Shown here piece after piece: positions 39,573 to 49,380 of a stretch of DNA of 64,000 bases. Made by a program: the position numbers and the translations under genes. The stretch lies in the NCBI GenBank assembly GCA_029856045.1, contig JAHQWG010000028.1:1-64000 (forward strand), given 5' to 3'. Source of the stretch: Promethearchaeia archaeon (lineage in GTDB: Archaea; Asgardarchaeota; Lokiarchaeia; Sigyniarchaeales; SOKP01). Under the pieces are notes generated by a model. That model was not told where the DNA came from, searched no databases, and was given only the letters and a program-made list of their open reading frames with translations. How positions within the stretch are numbered: the stretch's first letter is position 1; each line of letters begins with the position of its first letter.

Positions 39573-40625
39573 ATGAAAATTATTCAATATTATATAAAAT
39601 TGGATAATATGGAGATTAATAATGAATTAGAAAAACTTAGAAGGAATCTATTGAAGTTAAAAGATACTTTAAACGCATATAGAATCCCTCCATCATTAAC
39701 AAAGATTGATAAAATAAAGAAGAACGTTATTAATAAAATAAAAATGGTAATTTTCTATTTAGAATTGATACTGATTGAAACGGAAAAAACTATTTATGAT
39801 TTTGAAGAAAGTACCCTTGATTTCAAGGATAATGATAATATTGAAGAGGTTCTCAATATTTTCTCAGAATGTGATAAAAAGATAAATAATTTATTATTAC
39901 AATTGGATAATTTTGGAGATCTAACTCAATTTAAAAATATTTTCGATTTGATTGAACCTGAAATTGAAAAACTATATCCTAAATCTAAAGATATCGAGAA
40001 AATTTTGAAGCTAAGTAAAAAAGCCAATTTATTAAAAATCGAGAGAGAGAAATTACCAACAATTCTGAAAATTGAAAGGGAAGAAAAGAAAGAAGTAAAA
40101 GAAAAAAAAATTATTCAACCTTTAGAAACTGCAGAAGAAAATAATGAAGTTCTACGTAATATTTTCGAAAGATTCTCCTTAAAGGTTCCAAATAAGAGTC
40201 AATTAATTGATAGTATCGTATCGATTGGGGATTCTAAAATAACAAACGAATTAGGGGGAGTCGTAAAAATAACAGCATTATATAACTTTATAAAAGATGA
40301 GAATAAGGATTTAGATTTTACATTAGACGATTTAAACAAAGTTTTAAAATATATGAGAAAGAAAGGATATATTTCAGATATTGAAGAGATTGAAAATCTA
40401 AAGTTAGTAAAATTTATTCCACTTGAACTATCATCAGATCCAAAATTATTATTAGAATCCGTAGGATTCGAAGGCGTGGAGACTAAAGAAAATTTAATGA
40501 AAAAACTTAATTGGCCAGAATCAAGAGTGGATGAGGTTTTAAGGTTTTTAATTGACAAGGGAATATGCAAATCAGAAAATAATTCTTTAATAAGTGAAAG
40601 ATTTTACTTTCCAGGATTAGTATAG
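39573..40625 (+). CDS. second ESCRT-II Vps22/36-like (EAP30) protein with long helical N-terminal domain
   Basis: C-terminal ELGGVVKITALY, LDDLNKVLKYM, FIPLELSSDP, LNWPESRVDEVLRFLIDKG, FYFPGL parallel 3065..3781; frame is open upstream to about 39462, so the true start may be earlier. Confidence 0.8.
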   Translation: MKIIQYYIKLDNMEINNELEKLRRNLLKLKDTLNAYRIPPSLTKIDKIKKNVINKIKMVIFYLELILIETEKTIYDFEESTLDFKDNDNIEEVLNIFSECDKKINNLLLQLDNFGDLTQFKNIFDLIEPEIEKLYPKSKDIEKILKLSKKANLLKIEREKLPTILKIEREEKKEVKEKKIIQPLETAEENNEVLRNIFERFSLKVPNKSQLIDSIVSIGDSKITNELGGVVKITALYNFIKDENKDLDFTLDDLNKVLKYMRKKGYISDIEEIENLKLVKFIPLELSSDPKLLLESVGFEGVETKENLMKKLNWPESRVDEVLRFLIDKGICKSENNSLISERFYFPGLV

Positions 40626-40705
40626 AAATTATTTAAAAACATTAATATAGAATAAAGTTTAACAAATAAATTAAAAATAAAATATTTAATAAACGGGTGT
40701 AAAGA

Positions 40706-41911
40706 ATGGTAGGAGAGATTCCTAGAGGAATTAGTCGAAGTTTAAAAGATAAAGTCTTAGGTAAGAAGTTAAAAATTGTAGAGATGATGCATGAGACTTC
40801 AGCAGATCTAAGTGAAAAAAGAGTGGTTTATCGTTTAGCTCTAACTGGAAAAAAAGAGGCAGGAAAAAGGGAAGAAAAGGTTTCTGCTTTTATAGTTAAA
40901 GCATATGAAAGTGCGATTTTGCTTCAATTAGGAAAGTTTATTGGAATTATTCCAGAAGGCGTTTGGGAAATTGAAAAAGAATTTCAATACACAGGGACTG
41001 AAATTATCTGGGTTGATAAAACAGAGTTTAAAACTAGATGGGGTTTAGCAGATATTTACTTAAATGATAATATTAAAGTAGGGGCTCATGGTTCACTTGT
41101 AGTAAAAATTTCAGAACCGAAAAATTTTGTGTTAAATGTTGTCTCAAATAAGCAGATTGTTGACAGAGGACAAGTCGATAAATTCATTTTTGAGCACGTA
41201 GGTCAAAGTTATAAAGATATACTTGGTGGTTTTTCGATCAATGATGTTATTAGAAGTCGAGATATGATTAAACAAAAAGTAAATGCAAAATTATATGATC
41301 TTCTAACTCATTGGGGTATTGAATTAATAAATATGGAAATAGAAGGCTTCAAGCTTCCTGAAGAATTTGAGGAAATTGGTCAAGTATCCATGGAAACCTC
41401 ACTTGAAAAACAGAAAGCAATCTCAGATAGGGAACGCATAAAAGAGGAAATTGAAACTGTAAAGATACAATCAGAATTAGAAGCCCAAAAAAGAGAAATA
41501 GAGGCAAATAGAAAAGGTTTTGAACGTGAACAAGCCGTTATAGACTCTCAAATTGGTTATGAAAAAGCTAAATATGATGCTAAAGCAAAAGAAATTGAAG
41601 GAACTGTGAGTGTTGAATTACTGGAAAAACAGCAAAAAGCTAAAGCAGCAGGAGATGTAGCAAAAATTGAAGTTACTGGTGATAAAATGGCCAAAATTGT
41701 TGAAGCTCAAGCCGGAGTAGATAAGAGTCAAGAGGACTTAAAACGAGAACGACAACAAAAGATTAAGCAAGAAATTTCCGAATTAAAAGAGAAATTAAAT
41801 AAATTTGATGATTTATTGGCTGAAGGAAAACTTTCTGAAGATATATATAAAGTGCGAGTTTCTCGAATTGAGAAAGAGTTGAAAGATCTTGAAACAAAAC
41901 TTCTAGATTAA
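40706..41911 (+). CDS. SPFH/band-7 (YdjI-like) protein with coiled coil and C-terminal SHOCT-like helix pair
   Basis: VKAYESAILLQLGKF, IIWVD, WG, GAHGSL.VKISEPKNF, WGIELINMEI; flotillin-like EA/AK coil; DDLLAEGKLSEDIY. Confidence 0.8.
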   Translation: MVGEIPRGISRSLKDKVLGKKLKIVEMMHETSADLSEKRVVYRLALTGKKEAGKREEKVSAFIVKAYESAILLQLGKFIGIIPEGVWEIEKEFQYTGTEIIWVDKTEFKTRWGLADIYLNDNIKVGAHGSLVVKISEPKNFVLNVVSNKQIVDRGQVDKFIFEHVGQSYKDILGGFSINDVIRSRDMIKQKVNAKLYDLLTHWGIELINMEIEGFKLPEEFEEIGQVSMETSLEKQKAISDRERIKEEIETVKIQSELEAQKREIEANRKGFEREQAVIDSQIGYEKAKYDAKAKEIEGTVSVELLEKQQKAKAAGDVAKIEVTGDKMAKIVEAQAGVDKSQEDLKRERQQKIKQEISELKEKLNKFDDLLAEGKLSEDIYKVRVSRIEKELKDLETKLLD

Positions 41912-41959
41912 ATTAATTTCCTTATTTTTTTATATATTATCCTGATTTTTTAATATCAA

Positions 41960-43078
41960 CTATAAAAAGGAATCTATAGTTTTTTTAGATTTCAAATAAG
42001 GCTTAATAAATTCAATAATTTTATTATTAAAATTCTTTAAAGTTAATAAGTCTCCTCTTGCATTCACATCTAATATAGATTCTTTTAAATTTTGAAGATA
42101 GAGACCTGCCCATTGCATTCTTTTCCACGCTTTACCAGATATAGAGTTATAATATGCCTGATCCAGTAATTTCTTAGCAATAATATAGTTGTATTTTCGG
42201 TAATCATTAGGAATAAACCGTTTCGCTCGACAAGGTAGTTTATATTTCTTGTATAGAGTAATTAATTTTTTATGAATTTTTTTTAAATAATTTCCATCAA
42301 CATACATATTCCCTTTATATAAATTTAAAAAATCGGCAAGAATGTCTTTATATTTACTATTTTTTAGTTTATTTATAAAAAATTGGGCTTGGGAATCCCG
42401 CATTGTCATTCCAGGTGAAAATAATATGAAATCACAATTTGCCTTTTTAGTTTTTGAAATTATTTCTTCTAAATTCTCATCGGAGTCCTCAATATAAGGG
42501 ACAATTGGCATCAAATTAACACCGGTTTGGATTTTTGGAAATTCTTTTTTAATTTTCATTAATGCTTCAATTCTTCTCAATGGAGGTGATGCAAGTGGTT
42601 CCAGAAACTTTACAATCTCATCATCGAAGGTTGTAATTGTAAAGGATACAGTGCAATATGTATCAGCTGCGATTTTAGATAAAATATCTAAATCACGTAA
42701 AACTAAATCAGAATTAGTAGAAAGACAGACAGGATATTTATATTTCAATAACACTTCTAAAATTTGACGGGTATTTTGATATTTTATTTCAGCTGGTTGA
42801 TAAGCATCACATACACCACCAGTTGCTACTACATCAGGTAATAATGTTCTAGCATTTTTTAATCGTTTATCTAATTTTTCTTTAACATCTTTCTTTACTA
42901 TAATTTCATTGTCCAAATCGGGATGCAAGTAATACTTTTCAGAGCGAGCATCACAATAAATACAAGCATGTTCACAGCCGTTATATGGATTAAGAGTATA
43001 TCGACACCAAAACCAACTATCAATATATTTTAACTTATTTATGATAGTTTTGAACTCTTTCTCGATATATTTAACCAT
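41960..43078 (-). CDS. radical SAM protein, SplB-like/Rv2578c family
   Basis: LNPYNGCEHACIYCDAR, DAYQPAE, LRDLDIL, LEP.A..P.RR. Confidence 0.85.
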   Translation of the reverse strand: MVKYIEKEFKTIINKLKYIDSWFWCRYTLNPYNGCEHACIYCDARSEKYYLHPDLDNEIIVKKDVKEKLDKRLKNARTLLPDVVATGGVCDAYQPAEIKYQNTRQILEVLLKYKYPVCLSTNSDLVLRDLDILSKIAADTYCTVSFTITTFDDEIVKFLEPLASPPLRRIEALMKIKKEFPKIQTGVNLMPIVPYIEDSDENLEEIISKTKKANCDFILFSPGMTMRDSQAQFFINKLKNSKYKDILADFLNLYKGNMYVDGNYLKKIHKKLITLYKKYKLPCRAKRFIPNDYRKYNYIIAKKLLDQAYYNSISGKAWKRMQWAGLYLQNLKESILDVNARGDLLTLKNFNNKIIEFIKPYLKSKKTIDSFL

Positions 43079-43114
43079 AAAACCAAAATTTTCTTTAAAA
43101 TATATATTATAAAT

Positions 43115-43957
43115 TTAGAAATTTATCAATTTATTTCTAACATAATTTATTCCATTAATAAGAGCTCTTTTAGAATTTAACTCAACAATTAGCGCCCCCT
43201 CATATTTATAGGTTTTTATCAATGAAAAAATCAAATCAAAATTTATTTTTCCCTTCCCAAGAGCGATATGCGGATCGCTATCTTTTGTATTATTATCAAC
43301 TAAATGAACATTTTTAATTTTATTATGAAAGGACTGCCAAAATAAAGTGGGGTCTTCAACGTTTGTCCAATAATGGGCTGTATCATAAGTTATATAAAGA
43401 TCATCACCATTAAAATGCGAGAAAAAATTGTTGAAATCTTCAGTTTTCAATAAAATATTAATACTTTTTGGCATATTTTCAATGCAAATTTTTACTCCTA
43501 AATCCTCAGTGGCTTTTAAAATCTCTTTCACAGCCCCAATTAATCGTCTCATATTAAATTGATTAATGGAATTAACAACAAGATTCGCTAAACCGGGGTG
43601 AATTGTTAATATTTTAGCACCAATCTCTTTACAAATTATAGCAGACTCAATATAAGAATCAATGGATGCTTTAGAGATTTTATCATTGTGGCTACATAAA
43701 CTCACGTCTATAAAAGGTCCATGAATTTGTTTTTCAATCGAATATAATTCACATAATTCAATAAAATTGTTCTTATTTTCCTCAGAAGAAAGAATAGGAT
43801 AATCTAGAATAATCTCACAAACTTTTAATCTTTCATTTTCAGCCAATTTTAAAGATTCTTCAGTAGAATTTAAAAATAGGTCAAGAAGTTTTTTGGGTTT
43901 TTCTGACCATATAGGATCTAGAATTAAACCTAATGAGCTAATCCCTAACTTTAACAT
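43115..43957 (-). CDS. sugar phosphate isomerase/epimerase (AP endonuclease 2 TIM barrel)
   Basis: IHGPF.D, TIHPG, IENMP, YDTAH, VHLVDN, DPH..LGKG.INF, VEL. Confidence 0.85.
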   Translation of the reverse strand: MLKLGISSLGLILDPIWSEKPKKLLDLFLNSTEESLKLAENERLKVCEIILDYPILSSEENKNNFIELCELYSIEKQIHGPFIDVSLCSHNDKISKASIDSYIESAIICKEIGAKILTIHPGLANLVVNSINQFNMRRLIGAVKEILKATEDLGVKICIENMPKSINILLKTEDFNNFFSHFNGDDLYITYDTAHYWTNVEDPTLFWQSFHNKIKNVHLVDNNTKDSDPHIALGKGKINFDLIFSLIKTYKYEGALIVELNSKRALINGINYVRNKLINF

Positions 43958-44091
43958 TTCTTATTTATTTTTGTTAAATATAATGATATTATTAATAATT
44001 AAAAAGAGTATTAATGATTTATCTAAGAATTTGAAAATAGAAGAATTTGAGTTCTTTATCATAAAAATTAATTTAATTTAATTTTTTCTTA

Positions 44092-45273
44092 TTAATCAGA
44101 TACATCTATTGGATAAGTCCCGTACTTTCTCTTGATGTTTTGCATAGCTTCAAATCGATCTACAGTAACTGCTGGATTAATAGAATGCCCACTACTGAAA
44201 ATATACCCACCACCAGGAGCCAGCTCCCGTATTAATCGTTTTGCATAAGTTTCAATTTCAGTTATTTCTCCAATTGCCAACATAATAGGGCTTAAATTAC
44301 CGCAAAAAGTTATTTTATCTCCGTATTTTTCATTCAATTTGAAAATATCATAGTCTGGGTTGGCCGTAGTGCTTTCTATTGGATTTAATACATCAACACC
44401 ACTTTCGATTATATCTTCAAAGATTTCTTTTAGGTCTCCATCGGAATGCAATAATATTTTACAGTCTTGTTTGTGAGCTGCATCACATATCTGTTTAATC
44501 CATGGAAAGACATATTTTCTGTAATTTATTGGGCTCATAAATAATCCATTTTTAAAACCATAATCATCCCATAGAATTATCATCTGAGCATCATTCTCAG
44601 CTAAAATCTTAACGAGTTCAAGCGTAAATTTACCCCTATCATCAAATACTTTTTTTGCTTGCTTATGTCTTCCCAGAATTCTTGAGAAGGCTTCAAGTCC
44701 AAATCCTTCCCAAGTGCATTCCATCAAAGCTCCCGTAGATGGAACGGAGAATATTTCATTGTTCATTTCTTCTTGAACTTCTCTTCCTGCTAAAAAACCA
44801 TTTAAACGAGCTTCCCAAGCAGGATCTAGTTGCTCCCAACTCTCATAATCCTCAAAACTTTTAAAATGACCTCCATAATATCCCAATATTGTTGTGCCAT
44901 CCTTCTCATAGTACTCAAACTTCATAATTCGTCCATATTCGTCAATAAATCCACTTGCATCTTCAAGAATTTCCCGCGGGAAAAGACTGGAGATACTTGT
45001 TCCTATATCTAATCCAATTTTACGATAAAATTCATATGAAAATTTATATCCTGCTTTTAATAGATTTTTTTGTTTCAGAAATTTTTGTAGGAGTTCATTT
45101 TTATTAGGGACGGTTTTTAATAATGAAATGCCATAGTCTCCTTTACCAGGTTTCATACCGTAATGTTCCATAATTGTATTATTCGTAAATGCACTTTCCC
45201 AAGCGGGAACTCTATCGGGTTCTTCATGGTTTACTGTTTTTAATACCCGTTCTGGAGCTGTTAATTTGTTCAT
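44092..45273 (-). CDS. uroporphyrinogen decarboxylase family (MtaA/CmuA-like) protein
   Basis: ERVLKTVNHEEPDRVP, DDYG, LHSDG, NPIE, FCGN, PGGGYIFSSGHSI. Confidence 0.85.
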   Translation of the reverse strand: MNKLTAPERVLKTVNHEEPDRVPAWESAFTNNTIMEHYGMKPGKGDYGISLLKTVPNKNELLQKFLKQKNLLKAGYKFSYEFYRKIGLDIGTSISSLFPREILEDASGFIDEYGRIMKFEYYEKDGTTILGYYGGHFKSFEDYESWEQLDPAWEARLNGFLAGREVQEEMNNEIFSVPSTGALMECTWEGFGLEAFSRILGRHKQAKKVFDDRGKFTLELVKILAENDAQMIILWDDYGFKNGLFMSPINYRKYVFPWIKQICDAAHKQDCKILLHSDGDLKEIFEDIIESGVDVLNPIESTTANPDYDIFKLNEKYGDKITFCGNLSPIMLAIGEITEIETYAKRLIRELAPGGGYIFSSGHSINPAVTVDRFEAMQNIKRKYGTYPIDVSD

Positions 45274-45338
45274 TCTTATAATCTCTAAATTTTAATTTAA
45301 GATGTCTATAAATATAAATTAAATCTAATTCTTTAAGA

Positions 45339-46502
45339 TCAAAAAAAGTCAAGCAAACCTCCAATTCCTCTCATTTTAGCATCTATAGCATGTTGAGGGC
45401 ACATTTCCATACAACATAAACAAGAAATGCATTTTTTTCTCAAAAAAATTGGATATTGTTGTTCTTTAAAGTTAATCGCTTCAGCGGGGCATATTTGAGC
45501 ACAATCACCGCATTTTTTACATAACTTCTGCTTTAAAACTGGTATTTTTTTAAAGATTTTATATACTACATGACCTGTAACATAACTCGCAATATTTGTC
45601 ATAAATGCTCCAGGAACTTTAAATTTAGGAACTTGTTTTTTAGCATCATCTAAGGATAAACCTAATATTTCAATTTCATCAAAATTTCCCAGACCTAATC
45701 CCCTTTTAAACGCATTTTTTAAATGAGGTACTAATTTTAATCCATTTAATTTACCTATCTCTAATGCTACCAAATCTAGTGCCAATTCATCAGTTCCAAC
45801 AAGAATTAGGTCCCATTTAACCATTTCTCCTGCATTAGGACCCCTCGGACCCTGCATAATTGTGTGTAAATCGTAAATTGTTAATCTATTCGGTTTATTT
45901 TTCACAATCCATGAAAAATTATCTGCAAGAACCATTCCAAAATTCTGTGCGTTTTTACCTAATAGATGATATTTTGCTTTTAATCCTCCTGGAATGATAC
46001 CCCAATAATTTTTTATAGCTCCTGTCATCGTAGCCTCCACATGAGTTTTTAACCTTGGAAGATTTATTATAATATCGCAATCTTTTACCGGTTTTGATAC
46101 AAAGAATTCTTTCATAATCAAACCTTCTTCAATTATTTCTTTTTCCGGAATTTCACTTTCAAAATTTACGAATTTTAGACCTTCTCTCTCGCAAATACCA
46201 AAAAGTCCAATTTTCTTGGCAACAGAAGAAGCATTTTTTTTTAATTGACCGGGAGAATCACCAATTCTTACATTTTCCATAGAAATACCAATACTTTTTA
46301 GGTAAGCAACAACTCCTTCAACAAAAATTGGTTGAGTACACGCATCTCTGTTAGTAGAAAGCAAGTTTGGCTTTAATAAAATATATTTTGAATCTTTAAA
46401 GCTAAATGGTAAATCTTTCTCAACCAATTTGATAGCATTACTTATTGCATCAACAATGCTATCAAAATCTCTTACATTTACAATACCTATTTTTGTTGTC
46501 AT
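45339..46502 (-). CDS. DUF362 domain protein with 2x[4Fe-4S] domain
   Basis: LLKPNLL, IGDSPG, INLPRLKTH, TGAIKN..G; CKKCGDCAQICP and CISCLCCMEMCP. Confidence 0.9.
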   Translation of the reverse strand: MTTKIGIVNVRDFDSIVDAISNAIKLVEKDLPFSFKDSKYILLKPNLLSTNRDACTQPIFVEGVVAYLKSIGISMENVRIGDSPGQLKKNASSVAKKIGLFGICEREGLKFVNFESEIPEKEIIEEGLIMKEFFVSKPVKDCDIIINLPRLKTHVEATMTGAIKNYWGIIPGGLKAKYHLLGKNAQNFGMVLADNFSWIVKNKPNRLTIYDLHTIMQGPRGPNAGEMVKWDLILVGTDELALDLVALEIGKLNGLKLVPHLKNAFKRGLGLGNFDEIEILGLSLDDAKKQVPKFKVPGAFMTNIASYVTGHVVYKIFKKIPVLKQKLCKKCGDCAQICPAEAINFKEQQYPIFLRKKCISCLCCMEMCPQHAIDAKMRGIGGLLDFF

Positions 46503-46785
46503 TGTTAACAGTTAAGGTTTAAATATTAAAAAAATATCTAATGAATTCCATTTTCTAAACAAAACTTATAATTTACTATATAGATATTAATTTTATCCTA
46601 GATATAATTTAATAAGTGGATTTGAAACTTTTTCTTTATTTAAATGCATTTTTCTTTATAGAGTATAATCTTTTATTTTAATTCTTCTTCTAAATTTTAG
46701 ATCGAATTTTTTCCTTCTTATACTTTCACAATTAAATCCATATCTTTAAAAGCGGAACACCCATATATAAAGTAGTGCATGAAAA

Positions 46786-46890
46786 ATGATTAGTGGAAAA
46801 TTCTATTCTTATTTAAAATCGAAAATCAGTTTTGATTTTACTTTTCATATTTTGCACTACAACCCGCATCATCATAAACAACATAGCTAA
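46786..46890 (+). promoter_or_regulatory. putative His-rich leader peptide (hisL-like uORF) with attenuator-like hairpins
   Basis: MISGKFYSYLKSKISFDFTFHILHYNPHHHKQHS*: 6 His in the last 14 codons, about 130-160 bp upstream of hisC; complementary segments at 46772/46853, 46866/46890 and 46933/46948. Confidence 0.65.
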
Positions 46891-47046
46891 TGATGCTAAA
46901 ATGCAACATGGTTTTTGAATTCTATTCTATATTTTTATTCTTTCTGCGAATAAAATAGTTTTATAATAGAAAACATAACAAAACAAAATTAAAAATAGAG
47001 GTAATAAAAATAAAACTGAAAGGTGAATATAATCATCAATAAAAAG

Positions 47047-48210
47047 ATGAAAAAATTGAAATCAAGTCTTGAAAAAGAAATTCAAGCAAAATCTAACATT
47101 CAAAATATGATAAAATATGATCCCCCAGTAGAACAAAGACAGGGAAAAATTCGTTTAGATTTTAATGAGAATACATTTGGATGTTCTCCTAAAGTATTGG
47201 AAAGATTCAAAGAAATATTAATTGAAGATTTTTCTATATATCCAGAGAATAATACTTTTCGACTAAAATTGGCAAAATATCTTAATCTTTTTCCCTCAGA
47301 AGTGCTGCCATCAAATGGTACTGATGAAGCAATAAAAATAATTATGGATGCTTATCTCGATACTGACCAAGAATTAATTTTATTAACACCATCGTTTACA
47401 ATGTACGAGATTTATGCTTTAATTGCTGGAGCAAAAATTCAACCCATCCTTTATAAAACAGATCTTTCCTTTCCTTTGGAGGATATTTTAGCTGCAATTT
47501 CAAAAACTACAAGAATGATAATTATTGGTAATCCAAACAACCCAACTGGCACTATTGTTAAACAAACAGATATTGAGAGAATTTTAAAAAAAGCAAAAAA
47601 TGCACTTGTTATTATTGACGAAGCATATTTTCACTACTATGGAAAATCTTCAAAGGGATTAATTCGATCTTACTCGAATTTAGTTGTCCTCCAGACTTTT
47701 TCAAAAGCTTTTGGATTAGCAGGATTGAGAATAGGGTACATTATGGCAAATTCAGCAATAATTGAAACGCTTCAGAAAGTTATTTCCCCTTATAGTGTTA
47801 ACAAATTTGCACAAATTGCAGCAATAGCATCAATAGAAGATATAGATTTTCTCAATCAAAAAGTTGAAGAAATTCGGAAGAATCGTCAGTTCTTAATAAA
47901 TCAATTACAATATTTGGGTGTAGAAGTAATTCCATCAGAAGCAAATTTCATAATTGCATATTTTGGAGAAAAAATGCAAAAAGTTTACACTCTTCTGAAT
48001 AATTTTGGAATTCTTGTACGAGATCAAAGTAAAAAACCACTATTAAAAAATTATCTACGTATTACTATTGGTACAAAAGAAGAATGCATTTTGCTAGTAA
48101 AAGCAATACAAAAAATTTATTCGGAAATTAAACAAGATTCAGCAAAAAAAATACCATATTTGAAAAATTTGAGCAAAAATGGCAATCAAAATTATGGAGA
48201 GAGACAATAA
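47047..48210 (+). CDS. hisC: histidinol-phosphate aminotransferase
   Basis: RLDFNEN, NGTDEAI, NPNNPTG, IDEAY, TFSKAFGLAGLRIGY, RITIG; start uncertain (47023-47107). Confidence 0.93.
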   Translation: MKKLKSSLEKEIQAKSNIQNMIKYDPPVEQRQGKIRLDFNENTFGCSPKVLERFKEILIEDFSIYPENNTFRLKLAKYLNLFPSEVLPSNGTDEAIKIIMDAYLDTDQELILLTPSFTMYEIYALIAGAKIQPILYKTDLSFPLEDILAAISKTTRMIIIGNPNNPTGTIVKQTDIERILKKAKNALVIIDEAYFHYYGKSSKGLIRSYSNLVVLQTFSKAFGLAGLRIGYIMANSAIIETLQKVISPYSVNKFAQIAAIASIEDIDFLNQKVEEIRKNRQFLINQLQYLGVEVIPSEANFIIAYFGEKMQKVYTLLNNFGILVRDQSKKPLLKNYLRITIGTKEECILLVKAIQKIYSEIKQDSAKKIPYLKNLSKNGNQNYGERQ

Positions 48211-48211
48211 A

Positions 48212-48799
48212 ATGAGGAAAGCATCCGTAAATCGTCAAACAAAAGAAACAAAAATTGATATCAGATTAAATGTAGATGGAAAAGGTGAATATAATATTTC
48301 ATCACCAATTGCATTTCTATCTCATATGTTAGAATCATTCGCTAAACATGGACTATTTGATATTTCTCTAAAAGCAGAGGGAGATATGCAAGTAGATCAG
48401 CACCATACAGTTGAAGATTGTGGAATTGTCCTTGGAATGGTATTCAATAAAGCATTGGGCTCAAAAAAGGGGATTAATAGAGCAGGATATTTTGTTTTTC
48501 CTATGGATGATGCATTGGCTTCAGTTTCAGTTGATCTTAGTGGAAGGCCGTTCTTAATTTATAATGTTCAGTTTAAAAGACAATTTTGCGGTGATTTTGA
48601 TACAGATTTGCTTAAAGATTTCTTTCAAGGTTTTGCAGTTAATTTAAAAGCAAATATCGCAATTCAGCTTTTATATGGAAAAAATGATCACCACAAGATA
48701 GAAGCAATATTCAAGGCACTTGGGAAAGCCATGAAAATGGCCTGTTCAATTGAACCAAGATTAGGAGAAAATATTTTAAGTACAAAAGGGGGTTTATAA
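48212..48799 (+). CDS. hisB: imidazoleglycerol-phosphate dehydratase
   Basis: R.TKET.I, DQHHTVED, PMDDAL, NDHHKIEAIFKA, STKG. Confidence 0.95.
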   Translation: MRKASVNRQTKETKIDIRLNVDGKGEYNISSPIAFLSHMLESFAKHGLFDISLKAEGDMQVDQHHTVEDCGIVLGMVFNKALGSKKGINRAGYFVFPMDDALASVSVDLSGRPFLIYNVQFKRQFCGDFDTDLLKDFFQGFAVNLKANIAIQLLYGKNDHHKIEAIFKALGKAMKMACSIEPRLGENILSTKGGL

Positions 48800-49380
48800 T
48801 GATCACAGTAATTGATTATGGAGTAGGAAATATTAAAAGTGTACAAAAAGCATTTACAAAGATGGGAATAAAATCCATTATTTCAACAGAATCCCAAAAA
48901 ATTGAGGAAGCAACTAAGCTTGTTCTTCCCGGGGTAGGAAATTTTGGCGATGTTATGCAAGAACTTCGAAAACTAGGGTTTGATAAGATTCTTATTACTA
49001 AAATACAAGAAGAAACCCCATTTTTAGGAATTTGTGTTGGTATGCAAATATTATTTGAAACAAGCAGTGAAGCTGAAGGAATTAATGGATTAGGAATTTT
49101 TCGAGGACGCGTACAAAAATTTACACAAGGAAAGATACCTCATATTGGTTGGAATGAAATTATTCCAAGAAAATCAAGAGTTCTTAAAAAGGGATATGTA
49201 TATTTTGCTAACTCATTTTATGTTGTACCAAAAGATGATTCAATCATTTCCGCAGAAACAGATTATTTTGTACGATTTCCCAGTGCAATTGAAAAGGATA
49301 AAATTACAGCATTTCAATTTCATCCAGAAAAAAGTGGAATATTTGGTCTAAATATATTAAAGAGGTGGGCAAAATGTTAG
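48799..49380 (+). CDS. hisH: imidazole glycerol phosphate synthase glutaminase subunit
   Basis: IDYGVGN, LPGVG, GICVGMQ, PHIGWN, QFHPEKS. Confidence 0.95.
   Translation: MITVIDYGVGNIKSVQKAFTKMGIKSIISTESQKIEEATKLVLPGVGNFGDVMQELRKLGFDKILITKIQEETPFLGICVGMQILFETSSEAEGINGLGIFRGRVQKFTQGKIPHIGWNEIIPRKSRVLKKGYVYFANSFYVVPKDDSIISAETDYFVRFPSAIEKDKITAFQFHPEKSGIFGLNILKRWAKC

Noticed and set aside
41960-43957. Radical SAM and TIM-barrel genes as part of the Ubl operon
   Set aside because: Opposite (convergent) strand and common housekeeping families
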